Assembly: GCA_963682135.1 (NCBI GenBank)
Contig: OY821645.1
Span: 1,920,001-1,984,000 of the forward strand
Reading direction: 5' to 3'
DNA: 64,000 bases
DNA from: Methanothrix sp.
GTDB lineage: Archaea > Halobacteriota > Methanosarcinia > Methanotrichales > Methanotrichaceae
Shown here: positions 58,822 to 64,000 of the stretch, one piece after another
Position numbering within the stretch: the first letter of the stretch is position 1
Layout: each line of letters begins with the position of its first letter
Program-made: the position numbers and the translations under genes
Notes under the pieces: generated by a model
The model's database searches: none
What the model was told of the DNA's origin: nothing
What the model saw: the letters and a program-made list of their open reading frames with translations, nothing else

Positions 58822-60654
58822 CTACGGGAACGTGGGCGTCTCCATGCCGGGCATGCCGGTCGTGCTGGGGGTGCTTGGAGTGCTCATGCTGCTGCCGCCT
58901 ATTTCGCCGCTAGGAAGCGAGCTTGATCTCGGAATCTCGGTGCCGGTTGAATTAGCGGCGGTCGGAATCTTCGGCATATCCATCGGTATGTCCGTGGGAA
59001 TCTTTGCAGGCACATTCCGGGAAATAGTCTGCAGCGACATCTCTTGCTTTCCTCCATTCTTGCGAGATACGGCAAGAGAGGGCGAACCCGCATCGCTGAA
59101 GTTTCCTGCAAGGTCCATAGAGACTGCATCATCGGGCCGCAGCATCAGATCGAGGCTCTTAAATGTGGACGATGCCCCGCTTGTCGGGTCCAGGGAGGTC
59201 ATGAGAAGCTGCAGCGTTCCCGGCTTGAGATTGCCCAGAGTGCTCATGCTGAACGCCCCCAGAGCCGGGTCCATGGATATATTGATCCTGCCGGATGGAT
59301 CGATCGTCAGGCCGTCAAGGGTGATTCTCTGGTAATTGGTATCAATGGAGATGGTGGGTGATAATTGGCGGTTGGCGCTCAGGCTGACATTATACGAATC
59401 TCCTTGTGAGAAAAGATCCATGCTCTGATTCTGACCCTGCCCTAGATTAGGTACGGAGGAAGACAGGGCAAATCCTGGGGCAATGATGGTCGTATCCGCC
59501 TGATTCTTTTGGCTGCCGTTGGAGGTGCTGTTGATATCTATGGCCAGGTGTGAGTCATTTATCGGGGCCAGGGGAAGCAAGATGACAGGCGGATGGAAAC
59601 TGCCCATGCCGGCCAGTCCAAACTTAAGATTGCGAATCTCAGCTCCTGGGATCTCATTTACAAACTGGCCCGATTCCAGGAGACCGACTCTCTGGCCATC
59701 TTCATCTGTGACCAGGGTGCGAGCTTTGCCGCTCTGCCAGATCTGCATGCTTTTTGTACCCTCCCCCATTCCTTGGCCGCCATTGTCTCCTGCGGCACTC
59801 ATCTCCTCACAGAAATCGCATTCTTGCAGCCCTAGCCTTGAGGAGAGGGAGACGATCTCCAGATTCTTGGTGCTGGCGTTGCCGGAGTAGAGGCTGTTTG
59901 GCTCATCCGGACTGGCTGATGCCAGGTAGCGCCAGGAATTGTTGATGGTATCCACCTCAATGAATCTGCTATCCTTGGGCCAGTTATTATCATATACCAG
60001 AATGCGGGCCGTGCCATTGCCCAGATCCTCAACAGCATAAGGCGTGATAGCATGCCCGCCGCTGCCATCAGGCAGATAGATGCCCATGACCCACCATTCT
60101 CCGGTTCCAGTTCCATTGCCAAAAGCAGCGGCCAGTGTGTCCAGCACAGCCTGGGGGGAATCCAGAACCTTCTTGGACCCTCCGGGCCTTGTGACCTGGG
60201 TGGTCCACCAGTAACCAATCTCGCGCTGCAGCAAGACATCTTGCAGCGAGAGGTCAATAACGCTGCTGCCTCCAAAGATACCGGGGCTTGTCTCGTTGTA
60301 ATACATGAGGCTGGATAGGACTGCAATGCCTTCACAGTGTCCGTTCTTCATGGCAGAGATGGCCTGATTCATCCATCGCTCGGCAGGGTAGGTGAGTGTG
60401 CACTTGCCGTCGGCAGTGCTGGCGCATACCTTGTCTCCGAACATGCGCTGCAGCTCTGCAGAGGTCAGGTCGACGGTCACTGGATCATCGCCATAGTTTT
60501 GAAAGCTGAATCCGTCAATATTGGGACGAAAACCGCTATCGTTGATTTCCGCTCCCTCCAGGGAGGGGGTGCTGTTATTCTCGGCTCCTGCTGCACAAAT
60601 AATAGTAGCATATAGAGATAATATAGCTATCACTGCAAAATACTGCTGCCTCAT
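58822..60654 (-). CDS. Secreted hypothetical protein with papain-like (Cys-His-Asp) domain
   Basis: Start placed at MRQQYF with signal peptide; DGFSFQNYG, GHCEG, GGHAITPY, VYDNNWP; low-complexity tail. Confidence 0.65.
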   Translation of the reverse strand: MRQQYFAVIAILSLYATIICAAGAENNSTPSLEGAEINDSGFRPNIDGFSFQNYGDDPVTVDLTSAELQRMFGDKVCASTADGKCTLTYPAERWMNQAISAMKNGHCEGIAVLSSLMYYNETSPGIFGGSSVIDLSLQDVLLQREIGYWWTTQVTRPGGSKKVLDSPQAVLDTLAAAFGNGTGTGEWWVMGIYLPDGSGGHAITPYAVEDLGNGTARILVYDNNWPKDSRFIEVDTINNSWRYLASASPDEPNSLYSGNASTKNLEIVSLSSRLGLQECDFCEEMSAAGDNGGQGMGEGTKSMQIWQSGKARTLVTDEDGQRVGLLESGQFVNEIPGAEIRNLKFGLAGMGSFHPPVILLPLAPINDSHLAIDINSTSNGSQKNQADTTIIAPGFALSSSVPNLGQGQNQSMDLFSQGDSYNVSLSANRQLSPTISIDTNYQRITLDGLTIDPSGRINISMDPALGAFSMSTLGNLKPGTLQLLMTSLDPTSGASSTFKSLDLMLRPDDAVSMDLAGNFSDAGSPSLAVSRKNGGKQEMSLQTISRNVPAKIPTDIPMDMPKIPTAANSTGTEIPRSSSLPSGEIGGSSMSTPSTPSTTGMPGMETPTFP

Positions 60655-60823
60655 AGTTGCCCTGCCACACCGGATTGGAAATTGCCAACTGGTTTTTCCT
60701 TGAGACATTTGCACTTGGGACTTATACATCTTTTGCCGCAATATGATCGCAAAATTTATATTTTGGCCCGGTGGATGAAGGGCAAAAATAGAAAGTAGCC
60801 ATAGAAAATGAGTGGGATTAGAA

Positions 60824-61087
60824 ATGAAGAAAATCTTAGCAATAGCATCAATGCTTCTGTTCGTTGCAGTTTCTGTCTTAGGTTTTGCCTTTGCAGAAGA
60901 GCAGGCCGCAGCAAATGAGTCGATCAACGCTTCCCAGATAAATGAGACCCTCACCAATGCAACACTCAGCAATGAGACACTGGGAAATGATACTCTTCTC
61001 AACGAGACACTTGGGAACGAAACCTTAGGTGAGAACGACACAAACCCATTTGCAGATGCAAAGAACCGCAAGCCGAGTTACAGATAA
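60824..61087 (+). CDS. Small secreted protein dense in N-glycosylation sequons
   Basis: Signal peptide MKKILAIASMLLFVAVSVLGFAFA; 5-residue NETLG-like repeats with 9 N-x-S/T sites. Confidence 0.75.
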   Translation: MKKILAIASMLLFVAVSVLGFAFAEEQAAANESINASQINETLTNATLSNETLGNDTLLNETLGNETLGENDTNPFADAKNRKPSYR

Positions 61088-61134
61088 GCTCTTCTAATTT
61101 TTAAAAATATATTTTTTGGAATCTTTTGATTATA

Positions 61135-61752
61135 TTAGAATAGCTTCATCAGCTCTTCGGCTATGACCTTGTAGCCCGCTTCATTGGGGTGGTCCAGTCC
61201 TGATAGTATCATGCTGCCCAGGGGTGTGCCTGCGTTAACTTTTCTCATCCAGGCACCATAGACATTTACAAAGCCCACATCCATCTCTCTGGCAACTCTA
61301 TGCACGGCTTGATAATAATCCAAAACCAGTCTGTCATAGGGCGGCGTCTCCAGGGGCTGGGAGGAGAGCAGCAGTATCTCCGAGTTGGGGCCGGCACGGA
61401 TGCGCCGTACCATCTCCACGAAGTTCATCTCGAACTCTTCTAAATCCAGACCCAGCGCGCAATCGTTGATGCCAAAGTTGATGGTGATGATGTCCGGTTC
61501 ATAAGAAAGGACCGCCCAGTCCAGCCGGGCCAGGCCATCCATGCTGGTGTCTCCGCAGGTGCCGGAGTTGATCATCTCCACTACTGCCTCGGGATACTTT
61601 TGCGCCAGCAGTTCTTTCCAAAAGGAGGGAAAGCCGCGCCGCACGCAGTAGCCGGCCGTGATGGAGTCGCCAAAGGCCACAACGGTCACATTGCAGCCGT
61701 TCTCCAGGTTCTTCCTCGTCCTTTCCACAAATCGTCTCTGCCCTTCATCCAT
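61135..61752 (-). CDS. SGNH/GDSL hydrolase
   Basis: FGDSIT, NSG..GDT, FGIND, DHPNEAGY. Confidence 0.9.
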   Translation of the reverse strand: MDEGQRRFVERTRKNLENGCNVTVVAFGDSITAGYCVRRGFPSFWKELLAQKYPEAVVEMINSGTCGDTSMDGLARLDWAVLSYEPDIITINFGINDCALGLDLEEFEMNFVEMVRRIRAGPNSEILLLSSQPLETPPYDRLVLDYYQAVHRVAREMDVGFVNVYGAWMRKVNAGTPLGSMILSGLDHPNEAGYKVIAEELMKLF

Positions 61753-61765
61753 GAATGTGGTCCTT

Positions 61766-62548
61766 TTAGCCTACTATTGGCGCTTTGCGGCCAGCAGCCT
61801 TTACCGCTGCCTTCATCTCTCGGATCAATTGCTCCAGCCGCTCAATCTCTCCTCGGGCGATCAGGTCCACGCAGACCGAACCCACGATGGCGCCGTCTGC
61901 TCCTGCGGCGATAACCTCCGCCGCCTGGGCAGGTGTGGAGATGCCAAAGCCCACAGCTTTGGGCTTATTCCCAGGCACGCGAGCGATGAGGTCGCGCGTG
62001 CTCTGCAGGACATCGCTTCTCGCGCCAGTTACGCCCGTGCGGGCTACCAGATAGAGAAAGCCTGAGGTCTCTCTTTCGATCATCTTCAAACGCTCAGCTG
62101 GAGTATTGGGGGCTGCCAGGAAGATCAGATCCACGCCCGCCTCCACGCAGGCCTGCCGAAGTGGTCCTGCTTCCTCGGGAGGAAGATCCGGCACAATCAT
62201 GCCCGTAATGCCGGCACGCTCGCAGTCCTGGGCAAACTTGTCCAGGCCGCGGGCATAGATCATATTGTAGTAGCCCATGAAGACCTTGGGTATGGCAACG
62301 TCTGCCTCTGCTGCCACCTGGAAATAGACATCGGTGTTCATTCCGGCGGCAATGGCCCTTTGTGCCGCCGCCTGGATGGTTGGGCCGTCTGCTATTGGGT
62401 CGGAGTGGGGCAGCCCCAATTCAATGATATCCGCTCCGGCTGCCGCCAGCCGCCGCACCAGGTCTGGCGTTGCCGAGGGCGTTGGGTCCCCGGCACAGAT
62501 GTAAACAATGAGCAGGGGGGCCTTTTCAAATGCCTCAGATATTTTCAT
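61766..62548 (-). CDS. trpA: Tryptophan synthase alpha chain
   Basis: [45 protein letters not shown]. Confidence 0.97.
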   Translation of the reverse strand: MKISEAFEKAPLLIVYICAGDPTPSATPDLVRRLAAAGADIIELGLPHSDPIADGPTIQAAAQRAIAAGMNTDVYFQVAAEADVAIPKVFMGYYNMIYARGLDKFAQDCERAGITGMIVPDLPPEEAGPLRQACVEAGVDLIFLAAPNTPAERLKMIERETSGFLYLVARTGVTGARSDVLQSTRDLIARVPGNKPKAVGFGISTPAQAAEVIAAGADGAIVGSVCVDLIARGEIERLEQLIREMKAAVKAAGRKAPIVG

Positions 62549-63731
62549 AATCCATCACCGTTGCCAGATCTTTGTCGCCTCGTCCAGAGATGTTGATGAT
62601 GGCGAGGTTCCCCAGCGCCTCAGGCTCCTGCAGAGCATAGCCCACCGCATGGGCCGACTCCAGTGCCGGGATGATGCCCTCCAGTCTGGACAGGGCATGA
62701 AATCCTCGCATGGCCGTCTTATCATCGGCGATCTTGGTCAGAACGCGCCCCCTCTCCGCCAGGAAGGCCAGCTCCGGGCCTACGCCGGGATAATCAAGAC
62801 CCGCCGCCACTGAATAGGACTCCAGAATCTGGCCGTAAGGGTCCTGCAGAATCTTTGTGAGAGCGCCGTGCAAGACGCCGTCTGTGCCGAGGCCCAGGCT
62901 GGCTCCATGATCCGCAATTTTATCCGTCTTGCCCAGGCCCCGTCCGCCTGCCTCCACTGCCAGGAGCCGAACGCCTTCGTCCTCCAGGAAGGGAGCAAAT
63001 ATGCCCATGGCATTGCTGCCTCCTCCCACGCAGGCCGTAATGCTATCGGGCAGACGGCCCTCTGCCTGCATTATCTGTCTGCGGGCCTCTTTGCCTATGA
63101 CGCTCTGAAAATCGCGCACCATACTGGGGAAAGGATGTGCGCCCGCTGCCGTGCCCAGCAGGTAATGGGTGTGATCAAAACTGCCTGCCCAGTCTCGCAT
63201 AGCCTCGTTGATGGCGTCTTTAAGGGTGCGCGACCCGGAGCGAACAGGTATGACCTCCGCGCCCATGAGCTGCATGCGATAGACATTCATCTTCTGCCTT
63301 TCGATGTCCACCTCGCCCATGTAGACCTGGGTCTCAAAACCCAGATTGGCCCCCACGATGGCCGTGGCCACGCCATGCTGGCCGGCGCCCGTCTCGGCGA
63401 TGAGCCGGGTCTTGCCCATCTTCTTGGCCACCAGTGCCTGGCCCAGGGTATTATTGAGCTTGTGCGCCCCGCCATGCACCAGATCCTCTCTTTTCAGGTA
63501 GACCTTGCGGCCCAGCTTTTGGCTGAGGTTTTTGGCATGGTAGAGGGATGTCGGCCTGCCGGCGAAAGTTTTGAGCGCCAGGGCCAGCTCCTCCTGGAAA
63601 TCATTGCTCTTCATGAGGTTCTGGTAAGAGCGCGCCAGCTCCGCCAGAGGAGAAACCAGCGTCTCGGGGACAAAGAGGCCTCCGTACCTGCCGAACTTGA
63701 CTGCTGATGTATCGGATATCTGAGTATGCAA
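62535..63731 (-). CDS. trpB: Tryptophan synthase beta chain
   Basis: [61 protein letters not shown]. Confidence 0.97.
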   Translation of the reverse strand: MHTQISDTSAVKFGRYGGLFVPETLVSPLAELARSYQNLMKSNDFQEELALALKTFAGRPTSLYHAKNLSQKLGRKVYLKREDLVHGGAHKLNNTLGQALVAKKMGKTRLIAETGAGQHGVATAIVGANLGFETQVYMGEVDIERQKMNVYRMQLMGAEVIPVRSGSRTLKDAINEAMRDWAGSFDHTHYLLGTAAGAHPFPSMVRDFQSVIGKEARRQIMQAEGRLPDSITACVGGGSNAMGIFAPFLEDEGVRLLAVEAGGRGLGKTDKIADHGASLGLGTDGVLHGALTKILQDPYGQILESYSVAAGLDYPGVGPELAFLAERGRVLTKIADDKTAMRGFHALSRLEGIIPALESAHAVGYALQEPEALGNLAIINISGRGDKDLATVMDYENI

Positions 63732-64000
63732 AGGATCACCTGCGTGATTGTACTAATTAATACTATGATGTATTAAAAGGTACATCCGTGGTTATATTTA
63801 AACTTTATCTCAGCGTTGGCTTTGCACGAAAACGCTTGTCTGCACGGAAAGTGACAGATGGTTATAGTCAATTTATTACATCCATTTATAACCTAATTGA
63901 TTTGACCGTTTAGCTTTGGATTGAGCACAAACCTCCCAATTAGATATATTTAAATCTACTGAGAATATGTTCATCTCTTGGTAGCCGGGGGAAATAAAGT

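Noticed and set aside
60655-61071. N-terminal 139-aa extension of the 749-aa ORF
   Set aside because: Overlaps the divergent glycopeptide gene and promoter; the signal peptide indicates a start at 60654

Overview
A 64-kb chromosomal segment of a methanogenic archaeon, most likely Methanothrix (Methanosaeta). Evidence is methanogenesis marker 8, TiaS, class I LysRS, MptE, phosphoribulokinase, archaeal SRP RNA and many secreted proteins. Housekeeping blocks (mptE/tmk/ppaC/tiaS/prk; nreA/hisI/pyrH; adk/glyS/hsp20/tRNA-Gln; pyrE/lysS; trpBA) are interrupted by three accessory regions. (1) A decayed ~12-kb integrative element in the 3' end of the SRP RNA gene, with a 27/29-bp att-like direct repeat at 9840-9868 and 21809-21837 and a serine recombinase remnant. 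It carries hicBA, an arylsulfatase, Cache proteins, an intact IS3 and a tandem-repeat acylphosphatase, and more AT-rich cargo follows. (2) The most notable locus, 31.9-36.3 kb on the minus strand: hicBA, a Bell/HeLL-like helical protein ending in a putative amyloid motif, a translationally coupled NB-ARC/TPR NLR-like protein starting with the same motif (FxGQTVHG[N/D]QT[V/I]I), and an ETX/MTX2 (aerolysin-fold) pore-forming protein. This looks like an archaeal amyloid-signalling cell-death/defence system. (3) An AT-rich island at ~51.0-54.2 kb between two copies of a dCMP deaminase gene, encoding an HD dNTP-hydrolase-like protein, a YwgA-like partner and a membrane protein; a candidate nucleotide-depletion antiviral system. 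All assignments come from motif recognition by eye; no database searches were run.
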